Part shown: positions 1 through 9,890 of the stretch, piece by piece | How the letters are laid out: each line of letters starts with the position of its first letter | Numbering within the stretch: position 1 is the first letter of the stretch | Assembly: GCA_964627605.1 (NCBI GenBank) | Contig: CAZVGZ010000002.1 | Span: 84,846 to 148,845 of the forward strand | Length of the DNA: 64,000 nt | Direction of reading: 5' to 3' | DNA from: an uncultured bacterium | Lineage (GTDB): Bacteria; Latescibacterota; MWCZ01; CAZVGZ01 | Notes under the pieces: generated by a model | What the model saw: only the letters and a program-made list of their open reading frames with translations | What the model was told of the DNA's origin: nothing | The model's database searches: none | Position numbers and translations under genes: made by a program

Positions 1-1168
1 CGTTTCCGATGGGCAGGCCGCTCTCTGGACGCCGGTTGTTGCCGCCGTTACGTGACCAGCCCAGATAATGGATTTTGCGCTGTCCGGCAGGGGTGTCCTG
101 CACCAGAACGAACGATCCGCCTGGCTTGAGGACCGACGGGCCGAAACCGAAGTATGCTTCGACGCTCTGGGGGTAGTGGTTGTAGATGACCACGTCGGCG
201 AGTTCTGGCAGGTCGGTGTGGTAGTTGGCGTGGGCGGTTTTGCATGCGGCCCTGTGGGCATCGACGATGTCCCCAGCGAACACGCCTGCGACCTCACGGT
301 GTGCGTTCATTACGATGTTGATACTCATATCGACTTCGGCCATCCGTGCGGCGTGCTCGATATCCAACCGCGCACCGTTGTTGACGTAGCAGATCGCAGT
401 CTCGTGGCGACGGTTGACGATTCTGTGCAGATGTGTCAGCGCGTCGAATGAGGCCACGCCTGGGATGATGGCTTTGGCCCCGCCGCCGTAACCAGCCAGA
501 CCATGTTTCTTAACGCCAGAGATGCAGATTTTGAGGTCCGCTTCGGCGAATCTGCTGTTAAGTTGCACCGGGATGCCTTCGGGGGTTTGGCCCAGGTCGG
601 TGAACCCGTGGAAGCAGTCGTGATTCCAACATGCGAAGTTGGCCACAACGTCAGCACCAAGCTTAAGGACCATATCCTGCTGATTCATTGCCGCGTGGCT
701 GCCGAACGACCCTTGAAACAGAATCTGCTCGTCTTTTACGCCTGCCGCGCGAAGCTCCTGGAGCACGAACGGCACCACGCGACTTATTGGTGTGGGGCGT
801 GTCAGATCGTCGAAAGTGATGACGATGTTGCGCTTGCCGTCGGCGATGTCAGCGAGCGGCTGTGTGGTGATGGTGGACCTGAGCGATTCGGCGATCTGGT
901 CGTCGCTTAAAGCAGGGGCGCCGTGTCCGACCATTTTGTGGGTCTCGACGTCCCAGCCTTGAGGGAACGTAAGAACCATCTCCTCATCGCCGAAGTGTTC
1001 GGCGGTGCGGATCATCGCTTGCGGTTGGTCTGATCCGTGAGAATTGGCTGACGGCTCGATGTTTGTGCTGTGAATAGCCGCTGCGGCGAAGCCGGTGGCG
1101 CTAACGCCCAAGAACTCGCGGCGGGAGATGTCCGATCCAGTCTCATGTGTCGAATCGTGTTCGGTCAT
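1..1168 (-). CDS. LarA (lactate racemase / nickel-pincer) family protein with N-terminal Tat signal; runs off the left edge of the window
   Basis: Not in the ORF track; translated by hand from ATG 1168 (GGAGG upstream): MTEHDSTHETGSDISRREFLGVSATGFAAAA...FDDLTRPTP...GSFGSH...WNHD...KKHGLAGYGGGAKAIIPG...LTHLH, matching LarA motifs. Confidence 0.85.
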   Translation of the reverse strand, partial: MTEHDSTHETGSDISRREFLGVSATGFAAAAIHSTNIEPSANSHGSDQPQAMIRTAEHFGDEEMVLTFPQGWDVETHKMVGHGAPALSDDQIAESLRSTITTQPLADIADGKRNIVITFDDLTRPTPISRVVPFVLQELRAAGVKDEQILFQGSFGSHAAMNQQDMVLKLGADVVANFACWNHDCFHGFTDLGQTPEGIPVQLNSRFAEADLKICISGVKKHGLAGYGGGAKAIIPGVASFDALTHLHRIVNRRHETAICYVNNGARLDIEHAARMAEVDMSINIVMNAHREVAGVFAGDIVDAHRAACKTAHANYHTDLPELADVVIYNHYPQSVEAYFGFGPSVLKPGGSFVLVQDTPAGQRKIHYLGWSRNGGNNRRPESGLPIGN

Positions 1169-1354
1169 AGCTCGCGTTCCTCCCACCACCAATATCGAGG
1201 GCCTCAAATGTTAGCCTGTGCAGGTCGATTAGTGTCAAACGTGAATATCGCCCAAACAGTCACAGAAAGGGAGCCGCTGGTGGGCTGACTGCCAAAAAAG
1301 TCTCGCAGCGGGCTCAATTTGGTGAGTAAACAGACCTGCTCAAAGGCCCATCTT

Positions 1355-2371
1355 CTATGCCGTTGTGTGTTCTGATGCTACTCCCGCCAGCCTGAGACGG
1401 ATACCGATGCCTGAGTAGTTGGAGGGGTTGATGAGCGCGTTTCGTTGAGGGTTGTAGAGGCGGCCTTTTTTAGGCGAGTCATCCTGAGTGTAGACCCACA
1501 CCCGGTTTTGATCCCACACGACTATCTCGTCGCGGCAGTCGCCTTCGATGTCCAGCGCTGCGCAGCACATGTCTGGATGGCCGTCGTCAGGGAACATCAC
1601 CATCGGCCTGCCCCAGCCGTCATACATACCACCGTGGAAATGGTTAGTGTTGTGCAGAAACAGCTCAACACCGCTCCCGGCCCAGTTTACCGGCGAACAC
1701 ATGCTACCCATGTTGAGCGGCTCGGCGCTGTGGTATATCTCGCCGGAGCCGTCGTAAAAATTAAGCAACCCATGGTTGCCCCAGAAGTCAATTGAGACTG
1801 CTTGAAGCTCAGGGACGTCATCGCGGAACTTGGCGATGACCAGGTTCTGTGCGTGCCCGATTAGGTGGTGTCTGAGTATCTCGCCGTTGAAGTCAACAAG
1901 AGGCAGCCCGGAATCACTCGCTGCATACAGGATTTTTGGCGACGACGGCTCTGCTTCGCCAAAATCGACTATCGCGACCCCGTCAACATGGTCTTCGACA
2001 GTGTTTTCCAGGTTCCAGAGCAGGTCGTCCTGATGGTCGAAGAGCGCAAACCCAACGGCGAGTTCGTCATGTCCGTCGCTGTCGATGTCAAACGCAAAAG
2101 GGTAGTGCCCGGTGGTGCAGGAGCCTACCCAGAGCGGGCTGAGCATGTTGTCGAGCACCTAGAAGTGCCAGTAGCGGTCTTTGATCACTATGTCCGCGTT
2201 TATGCCGGTGGTGTGAAGCTCAACGCGGTGTCTGTCTGTGAGGGTTCGAAGCGCCGCCGCACGGAACTCTTCCCCAGTCAATTCAAGCACCGCGATAGGC
2301 GGTGGCTGCGCCCAGACTACAGTAGCAGATATAGCGATCGACAAGATAGTGGTGGCAGCTCTAGGTGTCAT
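1355..2371 (-). pseudogene. Disrupted/chimeric secreted protein: signal peptide + CsgG-like start fused to an FG-GAP/rhamnogalacturonan-lyase-like beta-propeller fragment; in-frame TAG at 2159-2161
   Basis: ORFs 2159..2371 and 1355..2158 are in the same frame (KDRYWHF*VLDNML); FG-GAP-like repeats DIDSDGHDEL and DIEGDCRDEI. Confidence 0.6.
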
Positions 2372-2465
2372 GTTGGTTTTCCGTCTGATCCCCGCGACCG
2401 GTCCGCCGTAGTCCGCACTCGCTCAACGGCTCTATGTGATAAGTGCGCCGGTTGCTGCGGTCCAA

Positions 2466-3485
2466 TCAACTCTCTGGTCTTGGTTCGTCCCAAGTTTCAT
2501 AGACCGCAGCGATGTTTTCGGCCGGATCGTTCATGCCCCACTCGCACTGGGCTATCAGGCCCCCTGAGCTGTCATCCATCGCTCGCCTGACCCGCCTGAC
2601 CGCTTCGCGAACGTCATCTGCGCTGCCAAACGGCAACACTTCCTGCCGATCTATCTCGCCCCAGAATGTGATTTGGCCTTTGTGGCGTTCTGCCAACGCC
2701 TCGATATCCATACAGAACAGTTGCGAGTTGATGGCGTCAACACCGATTTCGATCAGATCGGGATATATCGCCTCAACGTGGCCGTCGGTATGGAAGAACA
2801 CTTTTTTTCCGGCACCACGAATGATGTCGCAGTAGTCCTTATAGAGCGGCTTATAGAACTCCCGCCACGTCTTTGGGGATATAAGAAGCGCATGCTGAGT
2901 GCCCCAGTCGTCCATGAACCCTATACCATCCACATCCGTCTTGGCCCACAACCTCAACTCTTCGACGAAAAACTCATGCAGCATATCTCTTAGCGTGTAA
3001 ACCTCTTTGACGCCATATGCCAGATCCATGAAAAGGCTTTCAGTGCCCCTTAGAAACTGCATCCGCTCGAAAGGCCGGGTGTTCGTACCGACTTTCATGA
3101 ACATATCGCTCTTTGCGCAACTGCGATCCACTTCTGTAAAATCGGCTTCGCGAATCAGTTCCCAGGGTATCTTGTAACTCTTCAGCGCCGACCAGTCTGC
3201 CAGCGGAAACTCTTTGACCTCACCTGCGACGCCCTCCTCAGCGGCAAACCAGACACAGCGCCACTCATCCACATACCTCCCTTTGCGGCCACGCACCCCC
3301 TCTGTGGCGTGGCCTTTCCCAGCTCTAAAGACCGGACTGACGAAATCGGTGGGAAACCGCTTTATCATAGCGTCGAGTTCGTCGCGGCGGAACATGCCAA
3401 CGCCAGGGAGTGACCAGAGGTCCCTCGGTGTGCGGTCGGGTTCTTGGAAATCGAGAGCCGCTTGGACCCGCTGCCTGGATGTCAC
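2466..3485 (-). CDS. Uroporphyrinogen decarboxylase / MtaA-CmuA methyltransferase family protein
   Basis: MTSRQRV..ALDFQEPDRTP start; FMDDWGTQ, HTDG, FWGEIDRQ..LPFG, PAENI motifs. Confidence 0.85.
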   Translation of the reverse strand: MTSRQRVQAALDFQEPDRTPRDLWSLPGVGMFRRDELDAMIKRFPTDFVSPVFRAGKGHATEGVRGRKGRYVDEWRCVWFAAEEGVAGEVKEFPLADWSALKSYKIPWELIREADFTEVDRSCAKSDMFMKVGTNTRPFERMQFLRGTESLFMDLAYGVKEVYTLRDMLHEFFVEELRLWAKTDVDGIGFMDDWGTQHALLISPKTWREFYKPLYKDYCDIIRGAGKKVFFHTDGHVEAIYPDLIEIGVDAINSQLFCMDIEALAERHKGQITFWGEIDRQEVLPFGSADDVREAVRRVRRAMDDSSGGLIAQCEWGMNDPAENIAAVYETWDEPRPES

Positions 3486-3803
3486 GTCTGTGTCTCCAAT
3501 CGTTTGGTGGGTTTGGTGATTAAGATAACACGCCGGTCACCATGTTGGACCGGTTGCCGCCTGCATCTAAAGCGGATTCGGCTCCGACGTAACACCCCGT
3601 CGATCAAAAATTCAGGTTTATTTGAACCGGAATCCCGGTTCGCTCGTTGTCACACTGTCCACCCGACCGAGATCAGGCTGGCGCGCTCCTGAGCGGTTGG
3701 TAGACGTTCTACTTATGTCCACTGGTTTGGCTTTTGGGCCTCATCGGTGGCAACAAAGGAGGTGCAACATGATCTACATATTGGCGACCGCTATGGTTTC
3801 AAA

Positions 3804-4805
3804 TCAACTGCGACCGTTTGGCTTTGGTGATGAAAAGAAGTGGCTGAGGTAGGGTTTGACAGCGTTGATCGCGTGAATGGGTGATGTAAAGTCGTTGATG
3901 GCGTAGTACTGATACCAGCCGCAGTTGCGGTCGCAAACGGCCATCTCGCCACGCATCCGTCGGGCTTCCTTGCCTCGCAGCCAGAATTTGAGTTCTGTGT
4001 CCACAAGGTTGATCGGTTTGTCTTCGAGCGTGCGGCATGGGTAGAACAGACCACCGTCGCAGTCTACGATGATAGACCCTGAAGAGCAGCCGTGCTCTTG
4101 TCTGAGCGAACGAAAATAGTTGTCAGGAGAGATTATTGTCAGCGGGTATTTCTCTTTAAGCGAGAGGCAGACCGCCTCAAACCGGTCAACCTCGGGAAAG
4201 AAATCCTTTGTCCGATTGAGGGTCACAGCAGGCATGATAACGATCTTTGCACCGGCTGCGTGGCACCTGGCGACTTTGCTTTCGAGCTTTGGCAGGTCTT
4301 CGTCTCTTACGACTGTCTGAACGCATACTATGCTGTCCCACTTCATGATGTGGGGCAGCAGGTCAAACATCTCCAAGTTGTCGTGGCCTTCATCAATGCT
4401 GATGTGAAGAAAATCGATGTTCCGGCACAGTTCGGCCATTGGATATTTTTCATGAAGATCTCTCTCGCTGGTAGTAAACAGCAGGAAATACTGTTTCTCC
4501 TGCCCGATGTACTCTACGATCTGACCGATGTCATCTCTACAGAGCGGATCGCCGCCTTCGAGCGACAGCACAAACACATCGGCGCGCTCAAGGTTGTCCA
4601 ACACTTTGAAAACGTCGTCGGTGCCTAGAACGGGTGTCTTTTCATACCAGACATTGCAGAACTTGCACTGAAAATTGCAGACATTGGTGACTTTGTATGA
4701 GGCGTAGAACGGGTTCACCGCCTCCTTTGTTATCATGTTCTCCGCCATCGCGCCTATCGTGCCAGCGTAGCGCGACATCGGCAGAGATTTCATGCCGTGT
4801 GCCAT
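3804..4805 (-). CDS. Radical SAM protein with C-terminal SPASM/twitch-like cysteines
   Basis: CNFQCKFC (CxxxCxxC), GGDP, C-terminal C..PC..CDRNC. Confidence 0.9.
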   Translation of the reverse strand: MAHGMKSLPMSRYAGTIGAMAENMITKEAVNPFYASYKVTNVCNFQCKFCNVWYEKTPVLGTDDVFKVLDNLERADVFVLSLEGGDPLCRDDIGQIVEYIGQEKQYFLLFTTSERDLHEKYPMAELCRNIDFLHISIDEGHDNLEMFDLLPHIMKWDSIVCVQTVVRDEDLPKLESKVARCHAAGAKIVIMPAVTLNRTKDFFPEVDRFEAVCLSLKEKYPLTIISPDNYFRSLRQEHGCSSGSIIVDCDGGLFYPCRTLEDKPINLVDTELKFWLRGKEARRMRGEMAVCDRNCGWYQYYAINDFTSPIHAINAVKPYLSHFFSSPKPNGRS

Positions 4806-4807
4806 AT

Positions 4808-5998
4808 CTATTTCCCAACCGTCCGGCTATGTCTAGTGCCCTTCCAAGTGAACGTACCCATGTGTCCTGCCATCGCCGCGTAGAGTATCATCGGGATGTG
4901 GATCATCTGCGCGAACCAGACATGTTTGAACACCGCTCTCTGTTCGAGCGTGGAGCAGCCTTTCCACATAAGTCTCGTGTCGATAAACAGCTTAAATGCC
5001 CACGCTCCAAACGCCACAGAAACCGAGGGCGCGAAGCTCCATCCGGTCAACGATAGTGGAAGTGACAATGCCAAAAGCGAATAGAACGTGAATGTGGTCG
5101 TGAGCATCCAAACCAGGCTCTTGCGATAGCTGCTGCCTTTGGACGCCCATCTGACCCTCTGGTTCAGCATCCCACGCAGATCAGGCGGTGCGGTGGTCTG
5201 AACGAAAGTTTTCGGCTCCGTGGGAAATCTGAGCTGCCAGTCTGTGTGGGTGCTTACCCTCTGTACCAACAGATCGTCGTCGCCAGAGACTAGCTTGCCG
5301 ATCTCTGTTGAAAACCCACCGACCTCATCAAATACTTTTTTTCTGTACGCCAGATTGGAACCGATCGCTGTGTATGCGGTGCCTCTGCCCACGGCACCTG
5401 CTGACATGATCGCGTGGGATAGAAAGTCGGCGATGTCCGCCTTTTGCCAAAACGAGAGCCGCCCTGGGGTTTTTTGGCGAACCGTGAGTCCGATCACCAT
5501 ACCAACTTCAGGGGCAAAATGAGTTGCCACAGTCGAAAGCCACTCGCTGTCATGCTTTGTGTCGGCATCGGTCGTGACGATGATTTCGCCCTTAGCGAGG
5601 GTCATCGCCTGTTGGACAGCATGTTTTTTCGGGGCCATGTCAGCCGAGGTTTCGGTGATATCAAGGACGGTGACTTCAAACTGCTGTTCGCTCGCCCATG
5701 ACCGCATGATCTCAGGCGTGTCGTCTATGGAGCGGTCGTTTACGAGGATCACCTGCATCTGTTCTGCGGGGTAATTTTGCGTGGATATCGATTCCAGTGT
5801 GCGCGGAAGGTCGTTCTGTTCGTCGCGCGCTGGGATGATGACGTTCAACGATGGTCGATCATTCGATTCGCCGCCAGGGAGCCGGTCGAGTCCGCCGCCA
5901 ACCCAGGTCACCCATACCCCGTAGGCTATCCCGGAGAAGAGAAGGCCCAAAGACATCACCTCAGCCACCCACTCCAAGCCTGTCAACGCCTCTCCCAT
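4808..5998 (-). CDS. Membrane glycosyltransferase family 2
   Basis: IIPARDE, NDRSID, TDAD (DxD), GDDD, QRVRW motif, TM helices. Confidence 0.9.
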   Translation of the reverse strand: MGEALTGLEWVAEVMSLGLLFSGIAYGVWVTWVGGGLDRLPGGESNDRPSLNVIIPARDEQNDLPRTLESISTQNYPAEQMQVILVNDRSIDDTPEIMRSWASEQQFEVTVLDITETSADMAPKKHAVQQAMTLAKGEIIVTTDADTKHDSEWLSTVATHFAPEVGMVIGLTVRQKTPGRLSFWQKADIADFLSHAIMSAGAVGRGTAYTAIGSNLAYRKKVFDEVGGFSTEIGKLVSGDDDLLVQRVSTHTDWQLRFPTEPKTFVQTTAPPDLRGMLNQRVRWASKGSSYRKSLVWMLTTTFTFYSLLALSLPLSLTGWSFAPSVSVAFGAWAFKLFIDTRLMWKGCSTLEQRAVFKHVWFAQMIHIPMILYAAMAGHMGTFTWKGTRHSRTVGK

Positions 5999-6243
5999 CG
6001 CCAGTTGCGCGTATCCGCTCGAAACGACGTTTCGAGCGGCGTGGATGATCTTTTCTCACCCATCAGACACCATCATGCTGTGCATCCCCATCGGACTTTG
6101 GCCGCTGTACCGTAACATCGTACCGCCCAACCGCACCCCATATTAGCTGGCCAGCAGGGGTAGAATTTATCTTAGCAGCGCCATCGGGGCAACACAAGGT
6201 GCTGTTGTAGCTCTCGGACCGGGACGATACATTTCCGGGTGCA

Positions 6244-7890
6244 ATGTACCGACGAGTAGTAATCATCACAGCGCTTATAGTCTCTGCGATGGCAGCTTCG
6301 GCCCGCCAGATGCCGATCCCTGCATCCGCTGGGGCGGACGTGCCGTTAGGGCACCGTGGCTACGCATTCCTGGCGCGGGCCGAGGTGTTGGGCGTTGTCG
6401 AGGGGTTAAGGGATGATGCGCTGCCGATGACCCGCCAGCAGATCGCTGGATGGTTGGTGATAGCGGACCGGGACTCCGCAGGGCGGCTTAGCCCGACCGA
6501 CCGGAGCGAGCTTTCACGACTACTGGCTGAGTTCAAACCGGAAGCCGAAATCGCAGGGGGACGGACAGACGCAAAAGTCAGGCGGATTGTGGACAGATCG
6601 GATTCTACGTGGCGCATCGCGGTTGAGCCGGTGGTGGTGTTGACCGCCACTTCAGATCAGCGAACAGTTAAAGGGCAGGCTGGATACACAGCGGATGGCG
6701 GTTTGGCGATTTTCGGTCGCATCAACAGCAATATCGCTTTCGGAGTGGTGGCTGCGAACCGCTCGGTACAGGGACGGACGGTGGATTTTGGCAACCTGAG
6801 GGGCCCTGAGCCAAGTCGTGGTGGGTGGAGAGTCGTTGGCGATTCGGACCGTGTGGTATATGAGACCGTAGAGGCGCAGGCGGCATTTCGCACATCGTGG
6901 TTGCTAGGTGCTGTGGGGATCGGGAGGCACAGTTGGGGGCCATCGCAGTTCGCCAATCTGTTTCTGTCCGAAAAGGCGCCGCCCTACCCTTATCTCAGGC
7001 TTCAGACCGCACTGGATTCATGGCTCACTGTGACTTTCATACACGCCCAGCTCAATTCGGACATGGTTGACAGCGCTGTTTACCAGCATCGCGCCGACAC
7101 CAATCCAGACGGTGATGTTGACCGGCGTCGATGGATGTCTGCGCACCGGTTTAGCGCCACAATAGCAAAAGGTGTCGATCTGGCGTTTCAGGAGTCTGTC
7201 ATATATGGCGACCGCTCGCCTGACTGGTTCTATCTGGTTCCGGTGGCCTTCTTCTGGACCGGGCAGCACCAGGGTGACAACACCGACAACTACCAGATGG
7301 GGTTCGATATTGACATTTACAGGTGGCCTGGGTGGAGGGTCTATGGGGCGTGGTACCTGGAGGAATGGACCCCGGAGGCGGTGTTCGGTGACGATGAGCA
7401 CAACTGGTTTGCGTTTCAGGCGGGTGTGAGCGTTTTCGATATGTTAGGAGCGATGTCCAATCTGGACTTCACGGCTGAATACACGAGGCTAAACCCAACC
7501 GTCTATGCGCATCGGCAGCCGATCAACGACCGCCTTAGCACAGGTGCGCCGTTAGGTCATTGGCTTGGTCGTAACGGTGATCAATGGCTTTGGTATCTGC
7601 GCTACCAGCCACGCAGTCCAATCGTAATCACAACGACGCTGAGGCGCATTCGCAAAGGAGGTGAGCCGGATGCGTCAGATTTCTATCTGCGGCCCGACTA
7701 CCCGTTTTTGAGCGAAGATGATGGTCCGATTGTTAAAGTCTGGGATTGCGATATTCGTGGGACGTATGAGGTGTGGCCCAACGCACTACTGTTTGCAGGA
7801 GGATGGTGGCGTCGACAGAGTGATGGGTTGGGGGTTACAACCACGAGGACGGCTGTCTACGGCGGAATCCGAGCCGGTATCTGGCGCTAA
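6244..7890 (+). CDS. Capsule assembly Wzi-family outer membrane protein
   Basis: Signal peptide; GRHSWGPS..NLFLSEKAPPYP, SAHR, PLGHWLG patterns; beta-barrel-like composition. Confidence 0.7.
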   Translation: MYRRVVIITALIVSAMAASARQMPIPASAGADVPLGHRGYAFLARAEVLGVVEGLRDDALPMTRQQIAGWLVIADRDSAGRLSPTDRSELSRLLAEFKPEAEIAGGRTDAKVRRIVDRSDSTWRIAVEPVVVLTATSDQRTVKGQAGYTADGGLAIFGRINSNIAFGVVAANRSVQGRTVDFGNLRGPEPSRGGWRVVGDSDRVVYETVEAQAAFRTSWLLGAVGIGRHSWGPSQFANLFLSEKAPPYPYLRLQTALDSWLTVTFIHAQLNSDMVDSAVYQHRADTNPDGDVDRRRWMSAHRFSATIAKGVDLAFQESVIYGDRSPDWFYLVPVAFFWTGQHQGDNTDNYQMGFDIDIYRWPGWRVYGAWYLEEWTPEAVFGDDEHNWFAFQAGVSVFDMLGAMSNLDFTAEYTRLNPTVYAHRQPINDRLSTGAPLGHWLGRNGDQWLWYLRYQPRSPIVITTTLRRIRKGGEPDASDFYLRPDYPFLSEDDGPIVKVWDCDIRGTYEVWPNALLFAGGWWRRQSDGLGVTTTRTAVYGGIRAGIWR

Positions 7891-8852
7891 CTCTCCAGCG
7901 GTTCTTCTGGCATGGGACCCGATTTTGATTTTCGCCAAAAAGCGAGCGTTCCCACGAGGCCTGGAATCACAATGTTCACGGCGAACAGCGATAGTGCGGC
8001 GTTGACCGCAGCCGCAGGAGGCAATCCCACTCGGCTGAAACACAGAGCTGCCGCCGATTCCCTGATGCCCAGATTCCCAAGACCGATGGGTGCCAACGCC
8101 TGAAGCGCCATGGTGATCGCAGCAGCGATGATCGAGTCCAGACTACCCACCTCCCCGAAAACCCTGGCAAGACAGCCCAACTGAACCGCGACCACCAACG
8201 AAACCACGAGGGAGTACAGCGCGATCTTTACAAGGTCGCCTCGACCCAACAGGCGGATACCAGACGTGCCTTTACGGACCGACCCCCATACTCCGCGTAG
8301 AGGAATCTGCCCGCTAAGTTTGTGGCGCACATATATCGCCAGGAGAGCAGCGGTTACTAGCGCAGCCATGACGACCAAGCCACGGACGAATACGCCGTGG
8401 CCGTCGCCAACCCCTGGCAGAATCGACGGCGAAGAAATCAACGCCAGCCAACCCGCCACAAAAAGTCCTGCGCCGGAGATCGCTCGGACCACCACGAACA
8501 GGCCCGCTGCACTTAGCCGATGGGCCTGATTGAGCAGCGCCACCATCGCTACGTCGCCTACACGCCCTGGAGTCGCTGCGCCCATAGCTGTGCCGACAAC
8601 CACCATCCTGGCTGCTTGAACCAGCGAAACACTCTTGTCGATAACTCTAAGCGCAGTCCACCAGGAGAGCGTTTGGAGAAAGATGTTAGGCAAAACCAAC
8701 ACCGCAGCCAGCATCGCGTACCGACCGTCAGCACGCTTCCACGACGCCACCATTTTTTCGGCATCGGCATAGACGATTATCGCCACCAACATCCCGATCG
8801 TCAACAATGCTTTCGTTGCGAAAGCTAGCCGCTTGTGGCTGGTGGTATTCAT
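7887..8852 (-). CDS. Lysylphosphatidylglycerol synthase TM / flippase-like (UPF0104) membrane protein
   Basis: TPGRVGD and PIGLGNLGIRE motifs, multiple TM helices; alternative start at 8879. Confidence 0.8.
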   Translation of the reverse strand: MNTTSHKRLAFATKALLTIGMLVAIIVYADAEKMVASWKRADGRYAMLAAVLVLPNIFLQTLSWWTALRVIDKSVSLVQAARMVVVGTAMGAATPGRVGDVAMVALLNQAHRLSAAGLFVVVRAISGAGLFVAGWLALISSPSILPGVGDGHGVFVRGLVVMAALVTAALLAIYVRHKLSGQIPLRGVWGSVRKGTSGIRLLGRGDLVKIALYSLVVSLVVAVQLGCLARVFGEVGSLDSIIAAAITMALQALAPIGLGNLGIRESAAALCFSRVGLPPAAAVNAALSLFAVNIVIPGLVGTLAFWRKSKSGPMPEEPLES

Positions 8853-9020
8853 TGCTGGTTCGTCGGTGGAAGGTCGCAAACAGGCGCAGGTAGATGCTGC
8901 GTTTGGGCGGATGGTCTGGCCGCCAGAGGTTTCATGGTCATAGGGTCAGGGTTGGCAGGCCACGTTCGAAAAGTTGGGGGCACCTGTCGAGCGCCCCCTG
9001 TGATCGTCAAATTGTGGTTT

Positions 9021-9890
9021 CTAACGTCCCATACCCCGACGGAACTGCTTTAGGAACCGGTCGTTGGGAGACAGGATGAGTACCGTCTGGGTATCAAGGG
9101 CGGTCTCATATGCTAGAAGTGACCTAGTGAATTCATAGAAACGCGGATCGCGTTGGTAGGCTTTGGCGTAAATCTCCAGCGCTGAAGCATCGCCGCCACC
9201 TCTGACCTGTTCGGAAAGCTGATCGGCGGTTGCCTTGACGCTGTCGGCGGTGAGTTGGGCGTAAGCGCGGACCTGCGCGGCGTGTGCCTGACCGCGACTG
9301 CGATACCCTTCGGCCTCTCGCTCCCGCTCGGCTTTCATGCGGGCGAAAACCGCCCGCTCGTTCGCCTGCGGTAGATCGGCGCGTTTTATCCGCACGTCGA
9401 TTACGTCGATGCCCAGTGAGTCAGTCACCAAGTTGCAGAGGGCCGTCACCGAATCCATGATGCTCTCACGCTCCTTGATTACGATCTCGTCCTGGGTGTG
9501 CAGTCCCAGCACCTTGCGGAGCTGACTGAAGACGATCTCGTCGAGACGCCTCTCGGCGGCCCACCTGCGCCCTGGAAACGATTTGAGGTAAGCGACCGGG
9601 TCTTGGATTCGCCAAATCACGAAATTGTCCAACTGGAGATTCTTCTTGTCCAGTGTATAGATCAGGTCCGATTCACCTGGGTCTGACTGGAGAAGCCACT
9701 TGTCGAATTTGTGGACCGTCTGGAGCATAGGGATTTTGGCGTGGAGCCCCGGTTCATAGATGGTCCGTTTGACCTCGCCCAACTGAGTTATGACCGCCTG
9801 TTCCCACTCCTGAAGGGTGAAGAGCGATCCAAACGCGATAATCACCACTACCAGAACTATCAGAGCCGAAATAATCCGTCCGATTTTCAT
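9021..9890 (-). CDS. hflC: Protease modulator HflC
   Basis: N-terminal TM, SPFH domain, DVRIKRADLP, RMKAERER, DPRFYEFTRSL. Confidence 0.93.
   Translation of the reverse strand: MKIGRIISALIVLVVVIIAFGSLFTLQEWEQAVITQLGEVKRTIYEPGLHAKIPMLQTVHKFDKWLLQSDPGESDLIYTLDKKNLQLDNFVIWRIQDPVAYLKSFPGRRWAAERRLDEIVFSQLRKVLGLHTQDEIVIKERESIMDSVTALCNLVTDSLGIDVIDVRIKRADLPQANERAVFARMKAEREREAEGYRSRGQAHAAQVRAYAQLTADSVKATADQLSEQVRGGGDASALEIYAKAYQRDPRFYEFTRSLLAYETALDTQTVLILSPNDRFLKQFRRGMGR

Noticed and set aside
68-910. Plus-strand ORFs 68..451 and 503..910
   Set aside because: Antisense shadows of the minus-strand LarA-family gene
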